Source: a virus
Virus record (IMG/VR): IMGVR_UViG_3300030339_000006
Reading direction: 5' to 3' (one strand)
Length of the DNA stretch: 64,000 nucleotides
Made by a program: the position numbers and the translations under genes. Every line of letters begins with the position of its first letter. The first letter of the stretch is position 1. Under the pieces are notes generated by a model. It ran no database searches. It saw nothing but the letters and a program-made list of their open reading frames with translations, and was not told the DNA's origin. Below are positions 29,501 to 38,120 of this stretch, piece by piece.

Positions 29501-29989
29501 ATCCCCTAGTACCCCGGACGGATCCGGTGCAAGAATGTACCCTTCTTTGGCTTCCAACTCCAGGTCAGTGACAGGTTGGCCGCCGTAAGTGGCAGTGATG
29601 GGGATAGTACCCGCAGAATCAGCGGGTAGAGCAGCTTCCTGTTGCACTAGTTTGAAGGACAGACGGTCCATGGAGAAGTGACCAACCGGCGTCAGATCGA
29701 AGGCAATCGGAGACCCGTCACTCTCTACGGAGAAGTCGATCTCGAAGATGTCACCCTTACGCATCAGCACGTTAGCTGCCTGCAGGGTCACGTCCTTCAC
29801 GATTTCATACTTACCCACGGCGAGTTTCTTCACTGCGTCTGAAGCAATCAGATTCAGTAAAGCTTTGTTGCGTGTAGCATAATCCCCGAAAACCAGCTCA
29901 ATCGGTGTACGCACCACTTCCGCTTGGCGGTAGATGCTGTTGTCGATCGGCTGAGTTCTCAGGACGGTTAGTTTGGTGGTCTGGGCCAT
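23582..29989 (-). CDS. Giant Ig-like repeat virion fibre/decoration protein (2135 aa)
   Basis: Thr/Val/Gly-rich ~100 aa beta repeats (F.L...G..VT...G.Y....TN..GG). Confidence 0.7.
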   Translation of the reverse strand: MAQTTKLTVLRTQPIDNSIYRQAEVVRTPIELVFGDYATRNKALLNLIASDAVKKLAVGKYEIVKDVTLQAANVLMRKGDIFEIDFSVESDGSPIAFDLTPVGHFSMDRLSFKLVQQEAALPADSAGTIPITATYGGQPVTDLELEAKEGYILAPDPSGVLGDYWLIVTQTPLLPAAFTETFTFTSESMKNRTFDRELHWTVNPPVVQMLAYNSSFYTEAEFRLKFDIWLAGRPSEIVPTLKSYTYDDAFTELDDFRLDNLPSMTYSMNAVAKSTPFEGNLSFTYDFDGWEVTVPFGVVSMDPPEIIMTQETTDVDANSTTDVIFNLKADGNAVQEVTLDSVTVSGAAWDSVQSFKVIDEYAGRYAITIKTNEKGGPITISPVIRYQNRKFTLNDLTVQAVKVPLISKATNTLMAADSQTQNFTLTQDLLTGLAQPVLGATLVPRSIVASGTPVNGYGSSLIEVGNGVYSLSITTNEKGGSISVSMNVQVGGITYPVSFTTSAAKLNQATLSSGTTLVGETTSNLPFQIRLDGQPITMTSPTFTLTGTALISKGAVTNTGMGAYSWLDVNVNGKGGVLVLTAVGLIKGYSQTLTFSVPVTAIADPLAAAAGHLRPTVTSPIQFKLTRAGVPVTKATFGPATLTGSGVASYLRTFSAVDAPNGIYQLNSATGDSVGGNFQIATTITIQGYAFSVLISSYTEAMKPLTVNAGENLKGGVKQDYQLAFLVDGAVMELTSGTVAGSGAAFVSLDSSVLTPATGGLGNISGVTTGEDVGTVTFAGTVLIDGITYTYSKMVNVDVAAPSIYDVTNPLKAELSQTVFFTLKQGGVPVTNGSLTRGTVTGDSVNSFTGFTVSNASQGIYKVTVNTNGLGGVITIGCSVSINGTVYPISFTTVSAAAGVWAVRPTANSDLSPGSTQAIYFYLTIDGASPTNTVSFRNVLVTGDPISYAPTTINAFAGGLYGTTSAITNNKEGTVTVAFSASTNGVDYHSLSVDVYQPQAVPPEVTPTVTLPANTTTPLIFRMTRNNHFIVVTNALTFTNVVVNGTPVVSADTVVKTVSQSGGRYSIDVTTNGLGGDVNVSFTVNDKGVDYDLSFVGTAEVAKNWTAVLAGNPLVPERASTLTIQSLLGTDPAVLTNPVVTLSGTAVYSPTTPQTMTYADSTNQYYSIPNVILNNSGGTVIATVSGTVNGNAVTYDVPITVAALPAITASIVTMTYNATQSLAMQLKRGDSAVTLLTPATAKNIVVSGPPIVSAGTTLVINASASGQYSIPNVVTNGAGGTATVTFTATLAGIDYPLSFTTQVPVQPPVVATGTNVLATNTSNTNLDLALTRAGVAVTDAVTFVSVTITSRSVWAYQQTLGVISQSAGTYRLTVSTSAYSDPINVSLVVTINGTTQTLTFQTTIAAGVLPIMALTSGTATKNLPATLNVTIKQGSTNVTGATLSSINGNVAAGGTLTPITAGVYTLNVTPTAAGSQNLDVTYLWSGALYTSTITVPVVDTSPMTLTGATDIHAQTATTTLPFTMTAIGGAAFSASATYDASNSRILTVSAVTRLGDGTYTMAVTAPYECNGQDGVVIIDVTDGGVTTRVVGFVTAGYLLTSFVNGDNRPTLANTIYNALVYDAGVSATTSALIGTVDTTSLKLTPRGTNYIAGTTPAAKGSVSSVSFGFSLSSLPDAMIYDYEFKTTINKGSNVGTRVYTVKGTAHVNVAATVTWLDSSFLIGTTNSMRLQVMWGAIPAPFYTYAGTITVSNAVANQTLDLTNAATGIYVIHFTPSATSGTFSGLALVDSVGGYSTSTGTKGWTAFSPATATTRSAKGLSRVIGVILRDVSGIITDATITGLSAGTYHTVSTGSWTCQDTSIGLYKPVAICSAYGVGSTVATVAESLTLTYTRGGQTYTVPVTVTSIAWPYPRGIVDGTIYSDKSPVSITGGGNQQTQGAMSILDYTGAAGQNFSGSWGSYSDTTGLMIYTPTAFAIPKPNVTVEWSMTTPSNTVGVAFCDPIAITRAPYVTQNPASPVYTTTSNTGPYPAKDLPDYFIQLLDDQGAPLTGVTCTAIASQSVSNIVGPRNSGAVSTMLAPTTDGSDGQYTLKMRFNGWSASATSGTFTIALSLATTMYPSMRAAVCRLAFSLKIN

Positions 29990-30063
29990 TGAATACCTCT
30001 GGTTATTTCCTATAGTTTAATAGGATCCCACTATGTTACCGCAGGATCCTAGGTGAGTCCAGA

Positions 30064-31632
30064 TTAACCGCCAACGGCTACCGTGATGTTGAAATCAGGC
30101 ACCGTGTAGACATTCCCGGCATGATTGATCTTCAGTGAGACCTTCACGTTCCCCGGAGTAGCATTCGTGGCAACCTGGAAGTGGTACGCACCGGTGGCTG
30201 CGTCGTCGAGCACCAGCGTCTGAGCGTAGGTTGATAGGGAACTGGTCACTACGGTCATCTTGTTGGTGGTCGCATCAGTGATCGGTACGCCATCTACGGT
30301 CAGGTTGAAGCGGACGAGCTGTACCAAACTGGTGTCCAGACGCGTAGTCACTTGGGTAAAGCCCAGGTCGCCGAGAGGAACGGCTACCGTTCTGAAGTCC
30401 AACTTCACCGGATAGTTTTGGTACAGGAATGCCTGTTCTTCCACTCTTGCAGTACCGGTAATGGTGATAGGGGATGGATCCCCTCCTCCTGCGGAGAAGT
30501 TCAGCTTATAGGTACCTGTTGCAGAATCTACCAAAGTAGGTTGGCTGTTAACTAACCCCCCAAACGCGGTGAATCCAGATAAGGTGCCAATAACTGGCTT
30601 TAGTCCCGCGGGGATAGTTCTCTGGTATTGCTGAAGGGTGAAAGTGAGATCTTGAGTCTGACCCACGATAACCTCCGAACCATCGGTAAGTGCCGCAACT
30701 AGCGCCTGAGACGTTACGTTAATTACAAAATCTTCTACAGTGTAGAGACGCCCGGCGATGAATCCGTTAAAGGATACCGTCGCTGGTCCACCCACGTGGT
30801 TCGTCGTCAGGGAGATGTAAAACTCTCCTGGATTTGACCCCGGGATGACCGAGTTGGCGTAGGAGCCGATCGGCAGCTGTGGAGAACGCACCGTTACGTG
30901 TGATCCGGTGAACTCCGTTACCGGTAGACCGGCTTGCTTCAACGTGAAGTACACTTGGTTGCTAGCATTTGGCAGGAGATTATCGTTGTTGAAACGTTCA
31001 AAGATAAGGGCGGCCGGCTCCGTTACGCGAATCTGGAGATTGGCCACTTTGGTCACTCCATTAGCCGTCACGTTAAAGGACACGACGCTCTCCCCTACGG
31101 CAGTACCCGCAGTGACATCAATACCCCACAGGCCATCTCCGAGATCGACTGGGATAGATTCTACGTCGGTAACCGGATCGAGGAACGTAATCGGACCCAT
31201 CTCCCAGGCCACTGGAGCATCTTCCCAGAGAACTTTGAAGGTGATTCGCTTGGTCATCGAAGTGTACATGGCCAGATTAACCTGTGCGATGCTCAGTTTG
31301 CTCGTGAGTGTCTGATCCATCTTAAAGACGCCGACGGGATCCAGATCAAATACGATCGGGCCTTCTTCAACGATGGCTTCAAGATCTGCGATAAACTGGT
31401 CGTTTTTACGCATGAGGTAGTTACCGATGGCTACGGTGATATCCCCGGTGATTTTGAATTGGGTTTTAGACACTGGAGTGATGACTTCAGAATCAATGAG
31501 TTGAACAGGGGCCAAAGCACGGCTGAGGCGATTCCCAAAGAGACTGCTCGCAGGCATCTCCAGGACAGTTCCACCGCTGTAGACATCACCGTCAAGCAGC
31601 ATGGTTTTTAAAAGGGTAACAGTAGTTTGCAT
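30064..31632 (-). CDS. Ig-like repeat virion protein, paralogue of 23582..29989
   Basis: Shared N-terminus (LMRK.D.F, PI.FDL.PVG.F.MD) and the same repeats. Confidence 0.7.
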   Translation of the reverse strand: MQTTVTLLKTMLLDGDVYSGGTVLEMPASSLFGNRLSRALAPVQLIDSEVITPVSKTQFKITGDITVAIGNYLMRKNDQFIADLEAIVEEGPIVFDLDPVGVFKMDQTLTSKLSIAQVNLAMYTSMTKRITFKVLWEDAPVAWEMGPITFLDPVTDVESIPVDLGDGLWGIDVTAGTAVGESVVSFNVTANGVTKVANLQIRVTEPAALIFERFNNDNLLPNASNQVYFTLKQAGLPVTEFTGSHVTVRSPQLPIGSYANSVIPGSNPGEFYISLTTNHVGGPATVSFNGFIAGRLYTVEDFVINVTSQALVAALTDGSEVIVGQTQDLTFTLQQYQRTIPAGLKPVIGTLSGFTAFGGLVNSQPTLVDSATGTYKLNFSAGGGDPSPITITGTARVEEQAFLYQNYPVKLDFRTVAVPLGDLGFTQVTTRLDTSLVQLVRFNLTVDGVPITDATTNKMTVVTSSLSTYAQTLVLDDAATGAYHFQVATNATPGNVKVSLKINHAGNVYTVPDFNITVAVGG

Positions 31633-31709
31633 ATAGACCTCATAGTGAATGGAGAGGATCTCCTCTAGGTCTAGTTTAGAAGGGAAAGGCCCCTTTCGGG
31701 GCCTAAAGA

Positions 31710-32555
31710 TTAAGACACAGTGACTGTACGGTTAGCAGTCTTCGCACCGGAGTTCGTAGTGAAGGACACTACAGAAGTACCGGCAGACACGCCTGTCACG
31801 GTACCATCTTGAGCGACGGTCGCTACAGCTGGCGTTGCTGATGCCCACACACCGGATTTATCCGTTGCACCGGCAGGAGTAATCGCTGCTGACAGCTTAA
31901 CCGTTCCGCCAACAGTGGTGGTCGGAGAAGCCGGGCTGACGGTAACGCTCGTTGGTACTACAACTGGAATCGTGATCGTACCCGCAGAGGTACCCACTTT
32001 AGCACCGTCGGTAGTGGTGAACGTGATGTTCGCCGTACCGGCTTTCAGTGCAGTAACCAGACCTGCGTTATCCACAGTAGCAACGGTCACATCACTCGAT
32101 GCCCACGCACCGGTTTTATCCGCAGCGTTAGCTGGGAGAACGGCAGCGGCCAGAGACTGAGTATTACCGACGTCAATGGAGAACGTTGCAGGAGTCAGTG
32201 TTACGCCCGAAACGTGGATGATCCCGTCATCCAGAGTCCACAGGCCCTTAGTTACGCCTTCTGCGATCCACTTCGGATAATCGACAACGTCAACGTAGGC
32301 AAAAGCTTTCGGTGCAACGAAGGTGGAGTTTTTCGCGTAATTCTGGCCAGCCAGAGTCACAACGATGTCCCCTACGACCTTATAAGTGTTCGTAGCGGTT
32401 GAAGAAATCAGGCCGGCGTCCAAAAGAATCTGAAGGCTCGATGGAATCTCTTGGGTTTCGTAGTGCAGAAGCGTTTTATGAGCTTCAACTGAGTCACCAG
32501 ACTTGTAGATCTGCCCAGCAAGGGTGATGTTCTTCAGGATGTTTAGTTTTAACAT
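31710..32555 (-). CDS. Big_2 Ig-domain virion protein (Hoc-like)
   Basis: Two Big_2 domains (V.P.NA.DK...W.S....VATV...G.VT....G). Confidence 0.8.
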   Translation of the reverse strand: MLKLNILKNITLAGQIYKSGDSVEAHKTLLHYETQEIPSSLQILLDAGLISSTATNTYKVVGDIVVTLAGQNYAKNSTFVAPKAFAYVDVVDYPKWIAEGVTKGLWTLDDGIIHVSGVTLTPATFSIDVGNTQSLAAAVLPANAADKTGAWASSDVTVATVDNAGLVTALKAGTANITFTTTDGAKVGTSAGTITIPVVVPTSVTVSPASPTTTVGGTVKLSAAITPAGATDKSGVWASATPAVATVAQDGTVTGVSAGTSVVSFTTNSGAKTANRTVTVS

Positions 32556-32570
32556 TTTGATTCCTCTAAT

Positions 32571-32593
32571 AAAAAACCCCCTTTCGGGGGTTT
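32571..32593 (-). terminator. Terminator after major capsid gene
   Basis: AAACCCCC-GAAA-GGGGGTTTTTT on the minus strand. Confidence 0.8.
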
Positions 32594-32620
32594 CTGAAAG
32601 GTCCCTTCGGAACCGGTGGA

Positions 32621-33547
32621 TTAGTTCAGTGCGACCTGACCCAGGATGAAGCCTTTGGTGTTACCGATGCCGATCCCGATTGACTCGTAAGTCTGGAATT
32701 CGATCATGTCAGCTTTCGCTTCCAGGAACACAGTTGGCTCCTGCAGGCTGTAGAACTGACCCAGGTATTCTTCTGGAGCGAAGACCGCAACCAGGTCACC
32801 AAGTTCTTTCGTGATGTCCGTAGACAGCAGGTCAGCCTTGATGGTGGTAACGATTTCGAAGCCATAGAACGTGTCCATGGAACCAGTTTCGAATGCCTTG
32901 GTAACTACTGCATCACCCAGCTGGGTAGCAGGCTCACGAAGCATCTGCAGGTACAGCACGTGAGACAGCAGGATTTTACCCGGCTTCTGACGAGCGATAA
33001 CCAGCTGTTGCACCAGGCTCATAACACGGTCAGTGATACGGTCGCCGGTAGCAACTACGAAGTCAGCACCCAGACGTTCATTCTGGATCGCACGGAGACC
33101 GGCGATGAAGTTGCTGTCTTCCTGCTGCTGCAGGTCCTTCACGGAGTTTTCCTGAAGGATGTTACGGATGTCCGTACGGTAAGTTGCCAGTTCGAACTTC
33201 GACTTAACGAAACGCTCGCTTGACAGCTTGTAGAAAGGAACTTCGTAACGAGCGCCACGGAAGTAACGCACAGTTGGCTGACCGGACAGGCTCATGTAAG
33301 CCGCCACTGAATCAGGTTCCTTTTCGATGATCACGCGAGGCTGATCATCAAGACCACGGTCCAGGTCACTTGCAGTAATCATCTGAGGGGTCAGAATCTT
33401 ACGGGCAAAGCCGGTTTCACGCAGTTTCTGGCGAACGAAAGCGGACATTGCTGCCCCTGCTTCCTTGACCATGCCCTGATCGATTTTGTCGATGAAAGAC
33501 TGGTTCAGGAAAGCAACGTTTACTGTTTCTTGTGGAATGTTCATCAA
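32621..33547 (-). CDS. Major capsid protein (HK97-fold, putative)
   Basis: FVRQKLRETGFARKIL; strongly biased codons; synteny protease-scaffold-decoration-MCP. Confidence 0.75.
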   Translation of the reverse strand: MMNIPQETVNVAFLNQSFIDKIDQGMVKEAGAAMSAFVRQKLRETGFARKILTPQMITASDLDRGLDDQPRVIIEKEPDSVAAYMSLSGQPTVRYFRGARYEVPFYKLSSERFVKSKFELATYRTDIRNILQENSVKDLQQQEDSNFIAGLRAIQNERLGADFVVATGDRITDRVMSLVQQLVIARQKPGKILLSHVLYLQMLREPATQLGDAVVTKAFETGSMDTFYGFEIVTTIKADLLSTDITKELGDLVAVFAPEEYLGQFYSLQEPTVFLEAKADMIEFQTYESIGIGIGNTKGFILGQVALN

Positions 33548-33559
33548 ACGTTTCTCCTA

Positions 33560-34036
33560 TTAACGAACCAAGATGACAAGGGCTTTAGTGCCATTTGCCA
33601 GAGTTTCAACTTCCAGTACATGGCCCAGGGCCTTGTCACCAGCAGCTTTACCGAACACGCCTGTAGCCGTTGCGGTTACCGCATCGCCTTCAACGTAAGT
33701 TGCGGTTGCGTCAATGGCATCGGTACGCACGATGTATCCGCTGAACAGCACGATACAAGTGTTACCACCACCGACTACGTCAGTACCGTTACCCGCAGCG
33801 ATACCGCCGGCGATGCGTACTGATTTGTCGTCTTTCGGACCACGAACTACGATGCCGACAGCACCAGTAGAGTCTGCGACGGTTACACGTTTAACTTTAC
33901 CACCAGCAACTGGAACAACCAGATCGCCGTTGGTCAACGTAGCGTCGTCAGAGCCGTAGTTCATGTGCAGTCCGTTCGGACGCGGCCAACCGTGTAGGAA
34001 CTCAGCACGGTATTCTAAAACAGGCAGTCTGCTCAT
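33560..34036 (-). CDS. Capsid decoration/cement protein
   Basis: Gly/Val-rich beta protein immediately upstream of the MCP. Confidence 0.6.
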   Translation of the reverse strand: MSRLPVLEYRAEFLHGWPRPNGLHMNYGSDDATLTNGDLVVPVAGGKVKRVTVADSTGAVGIVVRGPKDDKSVRIAGGIAAGNGTDVVGGGNTCIVLFSGYIVRTDAIDATATYVEGDAVTATATGVFGKAAGDKALGHVLEVETLANGTKALVILVR

Positions 34037-34056
34037 TTAATTCTCCTAGTTGGGTC

Positions 34057-34578
34057 TTATGATAAACAGAAATCTACGAACGGGTCAACCCCGCGAGAAC
34101 TCTGTCCATTACTTGCTTTGCCAAGATCCCATGGATCCTGTTGGCTGCTAGCGATCTTACTCAGCGTACCTTCTGGTAGAGATTTTAACGCTTCCCAATC
34201 GGAATCCGTCCAATCTCCCTTAGATTTTAATGCATCCAAGGTCGGTGCTACGCTAGCGCTTTTCTGAAGGTCGGTAATCGTTTCTTCACTACTTTGTAGT
34301 TTAGCACTGAGTTCATCAATTACATCAGCACTTTTAGAAAGAATCCCGGCTTCCTTCTCGAAAGTCGCGGCGTGTTGCAACATTTCTGCTGCATGACCAG
34401 GAGTGAATTTTTCTTCGTAACCGGCAAGAATCTCTTCCGCCTGGCTCGCATCCACTCCATTCTCTGCCAAAGAGTTTAACGCTGCTTGCTTGACCATCGA
34501 GAAATCATACTGATTTTTGATGCCCGTGGCAATAGCATTCAGATCACCAGCTCGTTTACGAAGAAGATCAGTATTCAT
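34057..34578 (-). CDS. Scaffold-like coiled-coil head protein
   Basis: Multiple K-x-A motifs, coiled coil, C-terminal DPFVDFCLS. Confidence 0.55.
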   Translation of the reverse strand: MNTDLLRKRAGDLNAIATGIKNQYDFSMVKQAALNSLAENGVDASQAEEILAGYEEKFTPGHAAEMLQHAATFEKEAGILSKSADVIDELSAKLQSSEETITDLQKSASVAPTLDALKSKGDWTDSDWEALKSLPEGTLSKIASSQQDPWDLGKASNGQSSRGVDPFVDFCLS

Positions 34579-34593
34579 GTTTCCTCTCACTGG

Positions 34594-35250
34594 TTAAATA
34601 CTTCCGTTGTTCTTACGGAAATTGTACACAGCGGCTTTACCCGCAGCACCGTCAAGTTGCTCATCGGCGACGTGTGTAACTCCGAGTCCAACTCCCCCGG
34701 CTACTGTTCCACCTACAATTTTAGTCAGAGTCGGAGCTTTACGGCCATAGAGTCTTACTAAAGCGAGGGAACGGCGAGCCAGGCCCGCAGATTTGCTCAT
34801 TGAAGAGCGTGCAGCTAATCCACCAGCCACGCCGACAGCGAGGCCCGTCTTAGCAGGATTGGCTTTTGCGATGTCAGCACCACGCTTTAAGCCGCCGAGG
34901 ACGCTTTGACCGGTAGAGGTCTTCGCCAGGGTTGCTCGAGCAGAATTGCCGGAACGAGTCACGAAACCGCGTGCTGCGTTGACGCCTTCAGTGATGAAAG
35001 CTCCTACGCCCGCTTGTTTCTTCATCGCATCGTTATAACCAGTGTGGTACATAGTAGCTTGGGCAGCGGCGGAACCGCTGTAACCCCCAATGATATGTCC
35101 TGCGACCAGGCCTGTGCCGATAGCTTGCGGAGAGATGGATTTGATAGGCTTATAGGCTTTCGCAATGGCTCGACCCGCGGCATCCTTCCCGGCTTTAATA
35201 GCCTCAAGAGCACGCTTGGCTTGACCCAGTACGGTTGCTTCCTTCTCCAT
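34594..35250 (-). CDS. Basic Gly/Ala-rich internal head protein, three K-x-A-delimited units
   Basis: EKEA, KKQA and SKSA each followed by a basic amphipathic helix and a Gly-rich hydrophobic segment. Confidence 0.55.
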   Translation of the reverse strand: MEKEATVLGQAKRALEAIKAGKDAAGRAIAKAYKPIKSISPQAIGTGLVAGHIIGGYSGSAAAQATMYHTGYNDAMKKQAGVGAFITEGVNAARGFVTRSGNSARATLAKTSTGQSVLGGLKRGADIAKANPAKTGLAVGVAGGLAARSSMSKSAGLARRSLALVRLYGRKAPTLTKIVGGTVAGGVGLGVTHVADEQLDGAAGKAAVYNFRKNNGSI

Positions 35251-35288
35251 TCTCACCTCTGAAAACCCCTCCGAAGAGGGGCGTGGGA

Positions 35289-36032
35289 TTAACCGCAGAT
35301 TTCTGCGATTGCTGCTACAGCTTCTGCGAAGTCAACGCCTTCATCCAGCAGTTGATCCAGGGCAGCTTTCTTTTCCAGATCGCTGTACTCAGGAGCTTCT
35401 TCGAGAGTCGCTTGCTTAACCAGTTCTACTGCGTCAGAGAAGTCGATGCCTTCTTCCAACAGAGCTGCAACGGCTGCAGATTTTTCCAGGTCCTGAGTCA
35501 TCAGGATGGAAGCTTCTTTAACCAGATCAGCTGCTTCAGCGAAGGTTAGACCATCGTTGATCAGAGCGGTCAGGGTATCAGAGGCTTGCTTATCCAGGTT
35601 AGACTGGATTGGCTCACGGCCAGCAGTTTGAGCGCCGCCTTCAGCAGACACTTCAGTCTCAACTTTAGTTGGAACTGCAGTCTTGCCTTCGTGACCAGCA
35701 CGTTCCAGAAGAGCTTTAGCCACTTCGGTCACAGTCTTACCGGCCACCGGAGTTGGTTTGATTTTAGCAGTGTCCTGAGCGACCATTTCGGCAGTTTCAG
35801 TAGCTACGTTGTTCTCAGCTTGCTTAGTCAGACCAGCAAGGATTGCGTCGGCGATAGACTGGCCAGCCAGTTCATGTGCACTTTTGGTCATTACAGTTTC
35901 TCCAGCAGTTTCGTTTGAAAGAGCAGTTTCCAGCTCAGTTGAGGCATCGGATGCCTGTTTGGTCATTTCTTGATTTGCTGAATCCTGCACCTGCAGGCTA
36001 GCAATCAAGCTGTCCAGTGTATAATCACTCAT
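35289..36032 (-). CDS. Acidic scaffold/core protein with three C-terminal ~33 aa repeats
   Basis: Eight K-x-A motifs; repeat L(D/E)KxA....L...G..F.(E/D)A... Confidence 0.6.
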   Translation of the reverse strand: MSDYTLDSLIASLQVQDSANQEMTKQASDASTELETALSNETAGETVMTKSAHELAGQSIADAILAGLTKQAENNVATETAEMVAQDTAKIKPTPVAGKTVTEVAKALLERAGHEGKTAVPTKVETEVSAEGGAQTAGREPIQSNLDKQASDTLTALINDGLTFAEAADLVKEASILMTQDLEKSAAVAALLEEGIDFSDAVELVKQATLEEAPEYSDLEKKAALDQLLDEGVDFAEAVAAIAEICG

Positions 36033-36033
36033 T

Positions 36034-37518
36034 TTAACTTCTCCCACAATGGCGTTTAATGGAACCTTCCATTAGTTTAACAGTAATCTCTGCGGACTTC
36101 ACAATTGTTTCCCCGATAGGAGAGTTTAACCAACTGATCTGCTTCTGCAGTTTACGTTTAGCTAAGTCGGCAATCATGATCTTTGCCAGCAAGGCACTCC
36201 CGGCGATCGATAGGAGAGTCTTCAACAAAGTCGGCTCTTGAGCCGCTACAGCTGGAGTCGGCAGTACCGGTGTTTCCATCGGAACTCTTCCGTGCTCCCA
36301 ATTAGTATAACCTGTTGGGGCAGGAGGACGACCAACTACATACTCAGCAGCACGCTTTTCTACCATATCGGATCGCAAAGAGGAGCCCTCAATGTATCTT
36401 AAAAGTAGTTTAAGCAGAACCGGGTTCGCTTCCTTCTCAACTATCTCAGGAATGTTGTCTAAATGCAAGGGAATCGAGTCGATACCGACGTGATTCGCTA
36501 CCGCAACAGCCAAAGGTCCCAGGTGTTCTTTCTCCCGACCGAGGTACATCGTGGCGAAATATTTCGACAGGAAGTCCATGGAAGGGTTCATTCCGAGTTC
36601 CGCGAGAGCGTTCATCACGTCCTCAAACGGGTACGGTTGCAGAATGTGGAGGATATTATCGCTCGGATCCAGCACGCGGTCAAGGATAGGGTCCAAACGA
36701 TTGTCATAATCGACAACGTCTCCCTGGATTTCCTTCACCAAATCAGCCAGTTTCTCAACGGCTTCTTTCTTGATGCCCGTCTCGATGACGGCGGACGGTT
36801 CGTATGACACGCCTTCCGCGAGGGCCGCTTCTGCCGAAGAGATTGCTCCCTGGTGGTTAGCCACCTTCTCGAGCACCGACGAGGTCACGTCAGCAGGACG
36901 GATCACGATGGAGATGTCAAAGAAGCGTAGCGGTCCCAGGTTGAGTGCCATGACTTTACGACCGTCAGGGTACAGTGAGTTCAGCTGCGATGTTAAGTGC
37001 GAGCAGTACTCGTTACGGGAATGTGCTTTGTTACCACAGATGCTACACACGTCGAATGGCGTATTGCAGGCCATTGAAGTCGCCGGGTATTGCCCACGTT
37101 CAGTAATCTGGTAGTACTCATCGGCACCGAGAATCTTGCTGACTTCCACGATGAGCTCCACACGGTGCATCCGTGGGTTGTAGTACGAGAAGATTACCTT
37201 ACCGATGGACTTGGCCGGGTCTTTGTTGACGTGGTGGCGGAATACGTGGGCAGGAGACGTTTCGAAGGTCTTGTGCCATCGAATCAACTGGGCTTCCGGG
37301 AAGTAGTCCCCGTTGCGGTTCGACCCGTAGTACTCGCCGGCACCCATGGCATTAATGTGCAGATAAAAATAACCTTCGCGAACAGGGATCTGCTTCACGT
37401 AGTCATCAATCTCTGCCGCCGCAGCCTTCTTAGTCAGACCGGCCGCGTCGTCAAACAGTAACGTCGCTTCACCCATTTCCAAGTGAGCTTCGTAACGGCT
37501 GTCGAGTAATTTATCCAT
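36034..37518 (-). CDS. Prohead maturation protease with Zn-binding insert
   Basis: NRNGDYF, HVFRHH (His), TSMAC (Ser), CSICG...CSHL, FFDISIVIRPAD. Confidence 0.75.
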   Translation of the reverse strand: MDKLLDSRYEAHLEMGEATLLFDDAAGLTKKAAAAEIDDYVKQIPVREGYFYLHINAMGAGEYYGSNRNGDYFPEAQLIRWHKTFETSPAHVFRHHVNKDPAKSIGKVIFSYYNPRMHRVELIVEVSKILGADEYYQITERGQYPATSMACNTPFDVCSICGNKAHSRNEYCSHLTSQLNSLYPDGRKVMALNLGPLRFFDISIVIRPADVTSSVLEKVANHQGAISSAEAALAEGVSYEPSAVIETGIKKEAVEKLADLVKEIQGDVVDYDNRLDPILDRVLDPSDNILHILQPYPFEDVMNALAELGMNPSMDFLSKYFATMYLGREKEHLGPLAVAVANHVGIDSIPLHLDNIPEIVEKEANPVLLKLLLRYIEGSSLRSDMVEKRAAEYVVGRPPAPTGYTNWEHGRVPMETPVLPTPAVAAQEPTLLKTLLSIAGSALLAKIMIADLAKRKLQKQISWLNSPIGETIVKSAEITVKLMEGSIKRHCGRS

Positions 37519-37528
37519 TTGGGTTCCT

Positions 37529-37551
37529 TAAAAAGGTGCCCGAAGGCACCT
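37529..37551 (-). terminator. Rho-independent terminator
   Basis: AGGTGCC-TTCG-GGCACCTTTTT on the minus strand. Confidence 0.8.
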
Positions 37552-37556
37552 ACAGA

Positions 37557-38111
37557 TTACAGAGAGAAGTTACGGGCGGTAAGCGGAGTTTGGTTTCCAC
37601 GACGGGATTCCAGTTCTGCCAACATCTTCACAGTCTGAATGTCCAGGTTGTCACCACGGATGGCGTTCGACAGAACCTGGCCCAGAATGTTCGGGTCGGT
37701 AGAAACACTCGGTGCTGTAGCATAAATGCTGTCAGCCAGAGACTTCACGCGATCCTGGTCAGCGTGCTGCAGGACGTTGTTACGAGAAATCGCCATACGC
37801 AGAGCTGCTTCGAATTTGCTGCGGTTCAAGCCACCGGCAATCGAGCGGATTGCACCCGCACCGGCAGCAACACCCAGGCCACCCAGGAGTGGGATACCGG
37901 TTTTCAGCACGGCTTTACCGAGTTCTTCACCCTTAAAGGCGCCGACGAAGTCAGACCAACCGGCCGTCTTTTCGAAATTCTCGACGGTCAAGTCGATGAA
38001 ACGCTTTTGGTCTTCTGACAATTCTGCAGCGTCAGTCAGACCGGCAGATTTCATCAGACCGGACTGCAGACCTTCGCGGAGTCCGTTCAATACTTCTTGG
38101 TTTTCGTTCAT
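37557..38111 (-). CDS. Putative internal head/ejection protein
   Basis: LMKSA and FEKTA followed by the Gly-rich segment GIPLLGGLGVAAGAG. Confidence 0.5.
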   Translation of the reverse strand: MNENQEVLNGLREGLQSGLMKSAGLTDAAELSEDQKRFIDLTVENFEKTAGWSDFVGAFKGEELGKAVLKTGIPLLGGLGVAAGAGAIRSIAGGLNRSKFEAALRMAISRNNVLQHADQDRVKSLADSIYATAPSVSTDPNILGQVLSNAIRGDNLDIQTVKMLAELESRRGNQTPLTARNFSL

Positions 38112-38120
38112 GTAGGCCTC

